The notes under the pieces are model-generated. The model searched no databases and was not told the origin of the DNA. It saw only the letters and a list, made by a program, of their open reading frames with translations. Below, piece by piece: positions 12,851 through 27,312 of a stretch of 64,000 nucleotides of DNA. How positions within the stretch are numbered: position 1 is the stretch's first letter; every line of letters begins with the position of its first letter. The stretch covers positions 9,160,882-9,224,881 of the forward strand of contig OZ199840.1 in NCBI GenBank assembly GCA_964304625.1, given 5' to 3'. The stretch is from Kudoa neothunni (taxonomy: Eukaryota; Animalia; Cnidaria). The translations under genes and the position numbers were made by a program.

Positions 12851-14364
12851 AACCAATTGCGCTATCAACATCATGAAACTTCATAAAATCATTATTTCAT
12901 TTTGATATTGACTCTTATTTCCTGTTAAACTCTTTGTAATGTATTAAAAGTAATATTTTTAGTCAAAAATTAGTTAAGTCAATTTAGTTGCGAAGTTCTT
13001 TCTCTTGAGATTTTGTCAAAATATTAATGATTTGTAGATTTTCAATATTAGAACAGATTTAAAATATTAATTTTTCAATGTTTGAAAATCTGGATTTTCG
13101 TCCCCCTTATTCAACATTTTACTTAGGCATTCGTAGAATTCGATTATTTCTAACTAAGCAGTTCAACTTATTTGATTTCTCGATATATCAAAATCATGCA
13201 ATAATCAGACAATTTCAAAAGAACACCCAATACGAACACACCTCTCAATACCCAGATATTATAGTAATATAGGGTAGGGGGAATTTTTTTAAACTTTTTA
13301 TTAGCAATGTGGATAACCAACTTGTTTGATCATTTAATAACTTACAAAACCCCCTAAACACGTGCTTCCCTATTCGTTTTGACTTTCGCCCTCCCTACAG
13401 GGGAACATGTGTATCTACATCCCCGTATCAAAACTAATCAAAACAACTAATCAAAATTAATCGTAACAAATTATAACGTGTATTATGTGTAACGCTAAGA
13501 TAACTAATCTCGTGTTAAGCGTAACGTATGTCTTAATAAAAAGTTGATTTTTGTGATAAAAAAATTAACAGTATGAAAAATAATTTTAAATATAACATAA
13601 TTGGTAGATTAATTTTATTATATTTTTATTCAAACCAGATGTTACGATGGAAGCGAGACTCCTCGAGAGCGGTAGACAGATCATTCGCTAGACTACACGA
13701 AGTCTTGTGATTGATCTATACTAAATTATCAAATGTATTCACATTAAAAATTTCTTTTACTTAAATAATGTTTTATTTGTCTTATCTAATGAAAGATAAA
13801 TGAATTATGAAGAAAATAAGACTACAAAATTTGCCGACCTTGTTTGAATTAAAATTTTATATATTATTTTGGTCTGCTAAATGTTTTCCACTTAAAAATA
13901 ATTATTTATAAAGCAAAGGACAAGAAAAATCGCATGTGGCCAATTCTTTTTTTTGTTTGGAAGAATTTTATTATTCAAGTATAAAAAGGTTGATCTCAAC
14001 AATGATTGTTTCTCTTATCAACTCCGCATTTTGCACCACCCAAAATGGAAGCACCCCTCTAGACCAATAATTATAACGCAAAATCAGACTCACAATATGT
14101 ATGCAAGGTCGGTTAGTATTTTTATTTTAATTTATTAACTTGGAAGTAATTATCCAAAACCTTTCTCCTATTTATATCATGATTCCCACCGGATTAACAC
14201 AATATTTTCTTTAGCAAAGCTCTCGATAAAATAAATTCTATTGATTAGATATAATCCAAAACAAATACAACGAAAACTCTATAAAAGGTCTCAATCAAAT
14301 AAAACAAACCTTGTTTCAATAAAATCAACAAATAACTTTCCACCTTTACCCCCAAAATTATACA

Positions 14365-16568
14365 ATGTTAAACTTCGTTTGCCAATATGAAACTATTGTG
14401 TTTACAGGAACTATGAGTAATCAATAGAGAATTTGATCGTTATAAAGTATAATTCCATGTATATCTGAACCAATAAAATTGTGTAACAAACAAACAAACA
14501 AACTTCGTAGATATCGGCTTAAGATTGTCACTATAATAGGAAGTGTGGTGATAACGATTTTTCTGGTGGGAAATTTGTTGAATGGGCCCGTTGTTGCCGA
14601 TCCAACGTTTCAACCCTTCGTATGATTAAATGGTCGAATGAATGTTGAAAATTTTTAGTCTGGTATATCTTTGTTTTTGAAAGATACTATACTTTACATC
14701 ACCAGTTACCGTTATGAAATGGATGATTCAAGCAACGGAGATGTTAAGTTAAATGTACAAGGAGAAGAATGTTTGAGTACTATTGATTTGTGAGTGTGTG
14801 TATCGATATTTTTACTGATTTACAGTATCTAGTTCAATGGACGATAAGCAGTTTACTACCGCTATACAGAACTGTATAATACGCAGCGCCGAAACGTTCG
14901 GTGAATCATATTTCGCATCCCTTTACCAACCCAAAATTTTCTTTATTATCATAGATGTGTTATATCAATATATAAAGTAGAAATCCATGGTAAAATTTCA
15001 GTTTCTAATATTTGGTTTAGATTTTGGAAAGACTCATGGAGAAATATATTAACATCTAAACGATATTGGGACGTAAATAGAATAGGAAAGGTATACCAAT
15101 ACTCCATACCAGCCGATTTAGCATATGAGAGTCTAATCTATTTTTTATCCATAAATTATGAGAATCTAGCAAAAGTAAGCACACATATCTTTTTATAATG
15201 AATGGATGTGGGATTATCTGAAACAACTGTTACTGTTTCTAATTTAATGTAGAAAATACCACCTGACAATATAATCTATATTCACAACTATGGGGTTAGT
15301 TTGATACTGAATGTGAATGAGAACATGATACTCAGAAAACCATCAATAAAATTCAGCATACGAGATACATCCTATCAGGTATCACCTGAGAGTTATTTAT
15401 GTTACGGATTGAAAATGCTAAAAACGTTGATTCGGTTCCAACTGGCAATCGTAATATATCAGCTTTTGAGGCTGAAAAATACTCATCATATTGTTTAGAT
15501 AACCCTCGGAACACCTGCTCAACACGATGATCGAGTAGTAATGGTCAATGATCCTTGTTCAATCAATAGAAAAGCTATCGAAGAAATATGGTTTGATTAC
15601 AACCATATTTGCTTTGATTCGAGAAAATTTTCACAAGTTTTCCAACGACGTCACCTATTAGTTACTAAATACAACCCATATATGTGCGTTAAAATCATAA
15701 AATCACTACTCATTGATCATGACATCGATGTCGATGATAAGAAATCTCCTCGAAGTCATTTTTATGATTTCCTCAAACACGCAACAAACATTAAGGTATC
15801 TCATACGATTATATTTTTTAATAAAAATTAACAAAAATTTTTTTAAATTTAACATCTCACCAAAGATAGTATACGATTTGGATGTTGCTCTAACCAATGA
15901 TCATCAAACTCTAACTCAAATAATGGACCTTATCGATAACTTATGTAAAGGTGAAGAATCAACCAAAGGTCAAGTACACCTAAAATTGACACTGATTTGA
16001 TCTGGGTGATACTTTTTAGTACGATGAAGTCAACTTCAAGTGCCTACTTCTTGCCTATGTATACTCCTTTGTAGCTATATGGCATGATTTTCGCACTGAT
16101 GCTCCACTTTCCTATTCGCAGTTTAATGCTAACGAAATGTATGGAGTTGCTTTGATGGATACAAGAGCAAGCTTTATTTTTTCTGCGAGTACACTGACTG
16201 TCGCTCCAACATCGGAATCCGTAATTCAACATCACAATATATTAAATTTACAACCCTCACTTTATCTTTATATTTAGAGTGACCTCAGTACTACCTCAGT
16301 AAGCGTAGTTGAAACGGAAACTATTCCATACATCTCAACTATTTTGATAACAGCTGCTAGCCTAGTCACCACACCTCTCCCTGAAACCATTATCCTACTA
16401 AATGTCCCAGAAAACAGAATTCTCTATATTTTGGAAAACTTTAGCATTATTTTTGGAGTGGTAAGTTGCATGGCAATAGTCTCGATAATGATATTCATCG
16501 CCATTTTCTACAAAAAGGATCAAATACCTTTTCAAAGTGTTTTTCGACCACATCATACAATTCGCTAA
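14365..16568 (+). CDS. Orphan multi-exon type-I membrane protein
   Basis: Signal-like exon (IVTIIGSVVITIFLVG), a run of open exons separated by short GT-AG introns, Ser/Thr-rich stalk, TM helix FSIIFGVVSCMAIVSIMIFIAIFY followed by KK. Ends uncertain. Confidence 0.65.
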
Positions 16569-16810
16569 TTTCTAGATAATATTAATGTCTACAAAAATCG
16601 TTCTGTTATATTTAATCTTTATCTGCCCAAGTTAATCAAGGGTCAGAGATGGGTTATAGTTTTTCAGTGTCAATTGAATCTGGAGACAAAATTAGTTTAG
16701 GGCATAACGATCAGCCTACAAACAATCATTATATAGTTGAGGGGAGATTTCCTCTTTAAAAAAAGGGATGGATCTTCACATAAAACAAAGTGGCTATTGG
16801 TATGGTGAAT

Positions 16811-17002
16811 AATTAAATACAACAGATTCAATAGTGGTGTATAATTAAATACAACAGATTCAATAGTGGTGTATAATTAAATACAACAGATTCAATAGTG
16901 GTGTATAATTAAATACAACAGATTCAATAGTGGTGTATAATTAAATACAACAGATTCAATAGTGGTGTATAATTAAATACAACAGATTCAATAGTGGTGT
17001 AT
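16811..17002. repeat. 32-bp minisatellite, 6 identical copies
   Basis: Unit AATTAAATACAACAGATTCAATAGTGGTGTAT, head-to-tail with no spacers. Confidence 0.95.
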
Positions 17003-17006
17003 AGTG

Positions 17007-17562
17007 CAGGGGTTGGGTACATTTTTTTTTGGTAAGAGAGCCACAAAGACCACATATCTTTTAACAATTATTTCCATGAGAGCCATACCACATGTTTTAA
17101 AACTAAAAGTACATTCGCACGTTTTATATATTTCCAACATTATAAAGTGAAAAATGCCATTAAATTATCTGTAATATCATTGTTACGCTATTGCTAATCA
17201 ATGAAGAATATTTCTCATCATCAACGAGACTTTTGGTTTTGCAGATGGCTTTGTAATCTGATTGATGACTGATTGATGATATGTGGTTAGGTTTAGCTTC
17301 ATGCAGGCGTTAAGACTTCCATCCTTTAAAAGTGACCGTAGTTAGGTCTTAATGTCTTGTAAATGTAGGAAGAATGCTCACATGTAATACGTAGAGCCAA
17401 ACATTGTCGTTACCACAAAACACAATACCACAATACTCGCATGATGCAATGTGTAATACCGTAGGTGACCGTTTCGCGAATACGCAGTACGCAGAGGAAT
17501 TAAATAAAACATTTTTGTTAATTGAAAAAATTCGTCTGTGCGCCATAGGCTCCCGACCTCTG
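17007..17562. mobile_element. hAT MITE
   Basis: Termini CAGGGGTTGGG / TCCCGACCTCTG; flanks GTATAGTG / GTATTGTA (degenerate 8-bp TSD). Confidence 0.7.
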
Positions 17563-17793
17563 GTATTGTAATGATGTAGTGTGTAGGTAGCTCACAAAAT
17601 GGTGCTCGTTGCGAATATCTGACCATCCCGATTTTTTATCTATTAAATTTTCATTATTTTTAAATGCGGGTAAACCATAAATTAGTTAAAATTATAAAAT
17701 TTTTGCGTTAATCCTCGTTTGGCTCATATCGATACACACCTATTAAAATTCGCAAATAACATTTATGCTCTTTTCTACGTGTGATTTTCTTAA

Positions 17794-20309
17794 CCCTCCG
17801 AGGACTTTGGGGTCAATTTGACCCCAAAGTAAAATTAAAATCAATATTACTCTTTGTGCACTTTTTAAAATTCCTCGATTTCTTCTATTTTCCTAAATTT
17901 GTGTACAGTATACAATGATAAAATTAGGGGAAAAAATAATCACAATAATAATATGTAAAAAATTTTTATCTTCTGAGGACTTTTTGGGTCAAATTGACCC
18001 CAAGTTTTTATTTTATGATATCATTATAAAAATTATTTTAAAAGTGGAGACGTGATTATTTTGAATTCTATTGATTCATTTTTTGGTAAAATAATAATTA
18101 ATATCACATTTAATCCGTGTTAATACCTTACTAGTAGTCTCGGATCCACTTCGCAAGTTATCGTACAAAAAATAACACTTCGCGTATAATATTTCATTTG
18201 ATAGATTTAAGACTAAATATCCCTCATGCAAAAAAAACAACTATATAAATTTATAAAATTTTATTCGGAGTATCTAACTAATTTAACAATTCTTACATTT
18301 CTTCGATGAATGAATTGAGCAATAGTATTTATTGCAACAGGAGCATTTGGTTTGAGTTTTTTTATCGGTTCCTCGAAGACAATATTCACATCGACGTCTT
18401 TTTTCGGCGATTTGGAAAGTGTTGGTTGGAGTCCCTAAATGTGGTGATTTTGCTTTGACAATTTTCCCCCTCTGTAAATTACGATCTATGAGAGGTTGAT
18501 AGAGAGCTTGTGCGATTTCTTCTAAAAATATACGACGTCTTTTAAATTTGCAATTGAAAATTATTTTATGTAATGAGAACGCATTTATAAGTGACAAATC
18601 TATCATATTGAAAAATACGATCATTGGCCACCCTACGAGTGAATCGACGTGTCGAAACCGACGCCAACATACGATCGACAGTGTCGACCCCTCCTTTGGT
18701 TTTGTTGTAACATGTGATAATTTCATGGTTTTTTTATGAGAATCATTCATAATTTTTACATTATTAGTTCCCGTAGACAAAATTATAACACTCTTATCCT
18801 TTTTATTCACATAAGAGGTGAGCATGTTCTTTTGGAAAAATACAAATGTGGTGCTGAAAAGACTTCTATTTTTAGACGGAAGAACACATGGAGGGAGCTC
18901 CCTCTTATTGTGCCTTACAGTTCCAAGATATGTTAATCGTTTTTCCAACAGTTTAGACGCAAGGCAAACCGAGGAAAAAAAGTTGTCAGCAACGATATTC
19001 CTCCCAGAGTTGAACAAAGGTTCCGACAGTGATAACACAATATTTTCCCCAACTCTTGTATTGCGTTGGTTTGAGTTATTATTTTTCCCGAGGTACGGTA
19101 AGATATTAATGATATACTTTTCAGTCGGATCAACAACTAGAAAAAATTTGATGCCGTATTTTGCCGGTTTGAAGGGCATATATTGTTTGAAGGGACACCT
19201 CCCTCTAAACGCAATTAACTGTTCATCGATTGTCACATCCTCATTCGGCGAAAAATACTTCGGAAGTTCCCTTGACCAAATTTCCCATAATTCTCGTATA
19301 GGACAAAACTTATCCATTTGTTTCCTTTCCGCCCTTGTAGAATAATGTCAAAATGGAGACATCTTGTGATTTGTTTAAAGCGCGTCTTCGAAAAAATATT
19401 TCGGTATATCTCCCTACCTTCTGATAGACTGAATAATTCAGATAATGGCTCTTCATGATCCTTGTGTAGAGCTAATAGAATGAGGATCCCCAAATAACCG
19501 TTCAATTCGATAGAATCCATATCTATCCAGTTATCCTTCAAATAATGTTTCCCAAACAGATTTGTGCAATCGAGTATTTTTTTACAGATAGTTTCTGAAA
19601 AAAATATGGAAAAACTGTCCAAAATCTTGTGAATCCGTTGGTAACAATATGCGGTAGGACCAGGAGGGGGGTTCAAAATGTTTTCCGCCGAAGTGCGCTT
19701 TGTTTGAGGTATTTTGGGGTCCCATGCAATTCCTGATTTACTAAGATTTGAGCTTGTGAATACTGTTGTCTCCATTGAATTGGATGAATCCAAAAAGCAG
19801 TCGTCAGGCTCGCTTCCTGATGATTCTAATTCACTGTTGAATTCGCTATAATCACTCATCGACATTTGTTTAGTTAGAGTTTAACACGAGGTGAGAATTA
19901 AAATTTGGGATAAAAAACCAACTGAAAAAGTATTACGGTCTAAGTGAAAATAAATAAGAATTGTTATTTCCGGGTATGTATTAAGTTATTGTTTACCTAA
20001 AGTTAAAATAAAAATATTTTCCCCAGAAATTGACCCCAAATTATTATTTTAAACAATAAATTAGCTATTAAACAGTGACTTACATTGTACGATCATTTCC
20101 TAACAGCTTACGAATAATTACGTAAAAGATTTAACAGGATTAATCTATATGTTTCACATTGTTTTACTGAAAAACTAGTCGATAGAAATCGAAAATATCG
20201 GAAAATTGAATTGGTAACAATTTTTGTAATTACTTTGGCAAATAATAATCTGGGGTCAAATTGACCCCAAAAGACCTCCGAGGATGGTTTTTTTGGCGAC
20301 TTTAGAAGG
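17794..20309 (-). mobile_element. Full-length piggyBac transposon
   Basis: TTAA at 17790-17793 and 20310-20313; subterminal palindrome TGGGGTCAA(T/A)TTGACCCCA at both ends; internal transposase. Confidence 0.93.
18283..19865 (-). pseudogene. piggyBac transposase (frameshifted)
   Basis: TIDEQL..FRGRCPFKQYMP.KPAKYGIK, ADNFF, GVDTVD (shifted frame), C-terminal Cys-rich domain RRCEYC..CSCCNKYYCSIH. Confidence 0.93.
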
Positions 20310-21071
20310 TTAATAATGACTTTTGGATTTAATTTTTATCCAACAAAGATATTTTTGGACAATATTCTACGTGGTTAGTTATTGTATAGTGAATAACTTT
20401 TCGAATTTTATACATGTGATAAAGGAATGTCATCAAATAATTTTTTGCACTCATAGAGTTTATTCATATTTATTTAAAATACATAAAGGAATTAATTTTT
20501 TATTGATTTTTGTCATCGATTTAATCATGGTGTCACATTTTCAATACTTACACTTTTAAATTTGTAATCTTATTGACATGTATGCACAAAAATCAAATAT
20601 TAATTTGCACCAATTAAAACTTCATGTTTTTAGCACAACGTAAAATTAATCTAATATTTAATTTCTTCCGAATTTAATACATTCTACGAGATGATAGGAT
20701 TCCGCATAATTCGCATAATTTTGTAGTTGGTCACTAAAAACTCCATCCGAGCTAGCCATAATTGCGTTGATCAATTCCTCCTGATTAGATGGTCCCTTGT
20801 TACTTTCAATGGGATGAATTTGATGGGAGAACTCCTCAACAGGATTGACGAACGGAGAGTATGACGGAAGAAATAATAACCTATGGTTTGTGGATTGAAT
20901 ATGGTTCCTTGTTAGATCCGTTTTGTGGAATCTCACATTGCCACTTATTGGTAAGGCGTTATCAACTCTATTGCAGCTTAAGTCGGAAAATAGAAAAAAA
21001 CTTGTTTATTTGACAGTTCCATTTTCTACATGGAACGTCCACATCTGCTTCGAACTTTTAACCGCGATTAA

Positions 21072-23350
21072 CCTTCTAAGTAACACAAAATTGGGCACCT
21101 TCCGAATAACAATGGGGTGAAAAAGGACCCTAAACGTTTTTTGCATATTTCACACCCTTAGATTATTTACTAACTAAAAGTGAAATACAATTGTAAAATT
21201 TGTAGGTTTTCCATATTATTTCCACGTTTTAAATTTCCGCGCATGTGCATACGTGCATATTGTCTATATAACGCGCGATTGCCGAAATTTAAAATGACTG
21301 TTTGTAGAATTCTCCTAAAATCCTTATAAAATATAAAAAATCCATAAACTATAAATGATTTATGAAAACAAAAATAAATTGTTCTATTTTCATAATGTAA
21401 AATTGGCAATCTACACAGACGTTCATTTCATTCAATAATTTCTATTTTAATGCCATTGTTTAGGAGTAAATAAGTTAAGTTTAAAAATTGTCTGATATAT
21501 AGAAAATAATTGAACAACTGTAATAAACTAACATATAATCTTGTGAACAAACTAATTAAAATTCATGTTATAAGTAACTATAAAGAACAATCTTTGCAAG
21601 AATAAGTTGTATGTTCTTTGCAACACGGACGCTTACGTAGATCACATGTGATGGTCGTTTTTTTATCTTTGTCTCGACGACACCAGATACATCTTTTTTT
21701 GCAATATTTTCCAACGGAATATCGAGGGTTTATGGAACCTGTACGCTCTATTAACTGTGGAATTTTGTTCTTCCTAATGTTTAATGGTTCCGATAATTCA
21801 AAAGCGACTTTTTTCAAAAAGTCTCTTCTTTTAATATTTGGTTCGTTAAATATATATCTCTGTGTAAACTACAAACGCATTTACAAATGAGATATCAATC
21901 ATGTTGTAAAACACAACTAACGGCCATCTTCTGGTGAATCGTCTCACTGAAACCGACGCCAACATACAGTCCACAGTGTCAACGCCTCCTTTAGCAGCAT
22001 TATACTGTAGGATAACATCTGGCTTATGAGGAAATATTCTAGAAATTTTTGTGTTATGGTTAGATGAACACAATAGGAGGACGTTCTTATTTTTCTTTGG
22101 AGTGAACGATACCAACATTTTCTTCCCATTGAAAACAAATTTTGATTCATTCACCGGGGTTCTTCTATTAGATAGTAGGAATGGTGGTATATCTCGTTTG
22201 TTTTTACGAATGGTACCAATTATGGTCATTCTTCTTTTGATCAATTCATCAGCCAAAGGAATCGATGTAAAATAATTATCGCAAACCATATAGCATCCTG
22301 AACCAATTAGATTTTCAGTCAATTTGAGAGCAATACTCTTACCAACATCATGAACTTTGGCATCAGTCGAACATTTTTTACCAATATATATATGCATCTA
22401 TATTTAATACATATGAAGTTTGTGGATCTACTAGTAAAAAATTTTTTAACCCGTATTTCGCAGGTTTATTCTTTATATATTGCCTGAAGGAGCAGTTACC
22501 CCTAAAGGATACCAACTGTTCATCAAGACACACATCAAACCCTGAGTTATAACTTTTGCTCGCAATATTTACCCAGATATCCCAGATCTCTCTAATGGGG
22601 CAAAATTTATCCAGTAATTTTCTCTGCTCTCTTGTGTTTGTGTCATCAAAATGGATCGCTCTGGTTAATTGCCTAAATCTTCGCAGAGAAAATAAATCCT
22701 TGTATATTTGCCTGCCTTCAGTAGAACTAAACAAATCAACTAATGGTTCTTGTCGATCTTTATGGATAGCCATATATAAGATACATCCAATAAAGCCATT
22801 TAGTTCAGCAACGTCAACGTTTTCCCATTTATCCCATAATGAGTATTTCCATATTGGTTGGTAAATTCGATGATTTTGTTCATTATTTCCAAGGGGAAAA
22901 ATGTTGAAAACATCCAGCGATATTAGAAATTCTTTGAGTGGCGTATGGAGTCACACCTTGTTTAAAATATATCATGTTTTCCGCTGCATCTTTTGTCTTT
23001 CTCGGTTTCACGGCGCTCCACAAATTATTATTTTTATCAGCGAGGGAATCAGCATATTCGCAAATCGTGGGTTCATCTTCAACGTCTTCACTATCAGATC
23101 CCTTGTATATACCAAATCCAATGTGTCGAGGTCAGATTCATCGATGCTATTATCGCTACTTGCTAAAAAATACTCCATCGCCACTAAAACAAAGTTCCGC
23201 GCTAAGACTGGCTTTAAGTATTTGTCATTTTTCGACATGAAGCTACTCTTAAATTTAAGTCTTCCTTTATTTTTGGAATTACTGAATTATATAGTATTGA
23301 AATAATAAATAAAAATCTGGGGTCTTTTTTCACCCCATGTTACTAGAAGG
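21072..23350 (-). mobile_element. Full-length piggyBac transposon
   Basis: TTAA at 21068-21071 and 23351-23354; TIR CCTTCTA(A)GTAAC; TGGGGT..ACCCCA-type motifs at both ends. Confidence 0.93.
21578..23178 (-). pseudogene. piggyBac transposase (frameshifted)
   Basis: CLDEQL..KPAKYGLK, CDNYFTS, KGGVDTVD, RRWP and a Cys-rich C-terminus, spread over several frames. Confidence 0.92.
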
Positions 23351-25300
23351 TTAAAGTAATATTTTGAGAGCAAATGCTTTTCACCTTCAGACGTGCTCGT
23401 CCAAACGTTCTTCCCATTGACAAAGAAAAGCCCGATTCATCTATATAGATAACAGTAGAATGACGAGGTTTCAATTTAAGATATTGTAGCATGTATCCAT
23501 CTTTAAGCAATTTTTTAAAATGACAATAAACCTTTTTCTGGCTTTAATATAATCCTGAGAATTTCTTCCTAGAGGTAAAAAGGGAATTTTTTAAAAATAT
23601 AATGGAAATCTCTCAAACAATACGTAATCGTTTGACGAGAAACATTGATACCAAAATATTCTAGAACTTTTTCGGTAATAGAATTTAATGTGATGGTACA
23701 ATAATCCTAGCCTAGTCTACAAGTTCGCGGATGTATAATTTATGAGTTTCAGCCAATTTTCACCTTCTGTCACCCTCTTTTTTTGGTACATTTAATTCCG
23801 TACCCATCGATTGTTGCTTCATAATGCATCCATCCAATGGTTGATTTATGTACACTCATTTTCTCGGAAATGTATTTGTTAGAATATCGAACCTAGAAAT
23901 AGTTTAGAATTATACAAAAAAGATTGTGAATTTCAGCTAGTGAAAGAAACTGCCATTTGTTTCATATCGTCACTTAAGATAGCACGTTTCTTTTTTTGGA
24001 AATTATTGCATGGGGTTGCATTTAGATCTTGATATACTGTAAATAAATCGACCACAAGGGCTTTTTTACGTGGTCTAATTAGATAATAATAGAGAAACAA
24101 AGATTTATTTAGCGAAAATAAATACAATAATGTATTATAAATATGTTTTAATAAGATTTATATACTTTCATTCGTTTCATAGTATTTTTATCCTAATTAT
24201 GTATTACAGTAAGTAACCAATTTCACGCACTTTTTAAAAACCTATTTAGTTAGAATATTGATTGGTCATTGTTTATGTAATATGTTTCTTATAATAGTTC
24301 AATAAAAATTTGTATAAAAATTATTTTAGAAAGTTGCTAAATAATGTAACTAAAAGTCACGTGATAGGCCAATTTCACTCATTTTTTTGGGAGTGCTTTG
24401 TTTATTATTTAGTTAAGTCAAGATTTAATACCAAAAAACTCCTATGACTATAACTAACTATTGCTTAAAAGTACAATATTGCTTATTATTATGAAATTGT
24501 CCAATCTGATGGCCCAAAAACTGTCATTGTATCACGTTTTAAAATATCTATTTTCTCGACTCTTCATTGTATCCTAGAGATGAAAAAATCAAAACCTATA
24601 AGTATTTTTAGAATGTAAAAATAGAAATCATTTGCATGTGGCGGGTTAATTTCGTTCTGGTGATTTAACAGAGATCTCACCTATCAAAATGACAAAACTT
24701 TGCACAAAAAATGAATTCGAACCTCCCTCCCCTCATTAGGAACAATCGAATAATACAAAAAACCTAAAACAGCATAGAATAGCCTTTACTAAAAGTTAAA
24801 ATTAAATATTACTATTGTTGGATTTTGTGATTATTACCTCACCTGACTAAGTCATCATGTATTCCATTTCATTTAGAAATACAAAATAAAACGAGGAGAA
24901 AAGATAATAAAAGTTTTAACATTTTGAAAAATATATGATAATTACACTTGAATATTCATGGACTCAAGACGACTGCCTTACCGAAAATTTATTCTTCTTC
25001 AAACTTTTCTAAAACTTACGAGAAATTAAGTTAGGCAATATTAGAAAACAAGTAAAATATGAATAAAATAAATGCGATAGTTTCAGAGATATTCATTCCC
25101 TGAGATAGAACCACATCCATTTTTAAATAATGTACAAAGGAAAAATGATCAATTTTGGGTGCATTTATTCTCGTATCCGTAAAGAAACCACAATCGTTAA
25201 TTTTGCGCAAAAAAAAGATTAAACATTTAAAAATTGAAGTTAAATTGAATGAATTAATTGTGACCATTACACACACGATAAAATCAGTAATACAAAAATT

Positions 25301-27265
25301 CTAAATAAGAGGCCAGCGACCACCAAGTGTAAGCCAAGCATTTCGTTTAATTGCATCGATAGTAATTCGTTCACAGGGTTTTTTGGCTAGCATCCTTAGC
25401 ACAATGTCTTCAAGGCAAGGGTTCACATAATTTCTAACAACACAAAAAAGTATGTTAGTCGAAATTAATTGAAAATCGTTACAACAATAAATAAATAAAT
25501 AATAAATAATAATAATAAATAATAATAATAAATAATAATAAATAATAATAATAATAAATAATAATAATAATAATAAATAATAATAAATAATAAATAATAA
25601 TAATAAATAAATAATAAATAATAATAAATAAATAAATAATAATAATAAATAAATAATAATAATAATAAATAAATAAATAAAAAATAAATAAATAATAATA
25701 AATAAATAAATAATAATAATAAATAAATAAATAATAATAATAATAAATAATAATAAATAAATAAATAATAATAATAATAAATAATAATAATAATAAATAA
25801 TAATAATAATAAATAATAATAATAAATAATAATAATAATAATAAATAAATAATAATAAATAATAATAATAATAATAAATAAATAATAAATAATAAATAAA
25901 TAATAATAAATAATAAATAATAATAATAAATAATAATAATAATAAATAATAATAATAAATAATAATAATAATAAATAATAATAATAAATAATAATAAATA
26001 AATAATAATAAATAATAATAATAATAAATACTCGTTGGGAAACTTTACTCTAAATAAAAAAAATAAGCATTAGAAAAATCACAAATCCATAATTAGTATT
26101 GATTAAACATACGGAGAATGTTCGATATCATTAATGAGGGTTCCAATGGAATAGCTCGACCAAGGAATCTAAATAAGAAATTGGTCGACACACGAACAAA
26201 TCACAATCTAACATTTCCAGTTATCATGCAGTAAGTGGTGACTCCGATCGACCAAATATCACCGCAAGCGAGGTCTAATGTTTTCCCGCTTTCACCTACA
26301 AACGACGATAATATCAGTAACAATGCTAGCAGACAACGCGTTATTTAAAATTACAGGAGAGATATTCTGGTGATTGGAAAGCTAAAGAAGTTTTGGGTCG
26401 ATTGCAGTTGGTAAGAGTGAAGCAATGGATATTGTTGGATATTGTGCTGGAGCCAAAATCGCACAACTACACACGATATTAAATCACATCCCAACCCTCA
26501 ACTTGATCGGCGAATTACTTTGACCATGTGTTTTTCAAATACCAAAGCATTGCTGGGTTTAATGTCACAATGAACAATATTGCGCGAATGGACTAAATTT
26601 AAAATCAACAAGGTTCGCGCTTCAACAAGCAATACCGTATTCAACAGCAGATATTATATCTCTCAAATACGTACGAATTAAACCCTCGGAGAGTCCTTCG
26701 CTTGTGGGGATATCAATGATGGGTCTACGAGTTTAGGTGATTGTAGTAATGTCGATAAGAGAACAATCGATCTCATATTCGATTGAGATAAAAAAGGAAA
26801 TAGCGACTTAAAATTAAATTAACCCAAATATTTCTCATCAGTTTAACAGTCATTAAAGTTTATAGAAACTTTCCATCAACCACAACAAATAGATAAATAA
26901 AGAAATAGATAAATGGTTAAATAAATAAATAAATAGATAGATAAATAAATAAATAAATAAATAGATAAGTACATACCCCATGCATGAATATTCAAAAACT
27001 AAAAAATCAATACATACAAAAGACGTTATATCTCTCAAAATTACTTAGATAAAAAACACTATTTCGATAATCATCATAGTACTAAAACAACACAAGTAAT
27101 TACAACAGAATAGAATACATGCACATGATGATAAATGAAAATACAGAGAATAAACGAACAATATTGGGATGATCGATTTGATGTAATATAAAAATTTCGT
27201 TGTAGATGTTTTCGATTGTTAATTTCCCCTTATGATTTCGGTTATCTAACAACATATACATTATT

Positions 27266-27312
<47 letters not shown>

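Larger units (their letters stand above)
20658..24000 (-). pseudogene. Tc1/IS630-like transposase interrupted by a piggyBac
   Basis: HTH-like N-terminus (~23830-24000), VIYIDESGF (~23440), NVRFHK and FLPSYSPFVNPVEE (20800-20940). Confidence 0.8.

Noticed and set aside
16811-17002. CRISPR-like 32-bp repeats
   Set aside because: Head-to-tail with no spacers, no cas genes, eukaryotic context.
18818-19345. Plus-strand ORFs over piggyBac transposases (also 21618-23305 and 36007-36351)
   Set aside because: Antisense shadows of transposase coding sequence.
27010-27045. Apparent kinase alphaC exon VILRDITSF implying Glu-to-Asp pseudokinase
   Set aside because: Phase-consistent splicing places this in an intron; the real alphaC exon reads IYNEIF with Glu intact.
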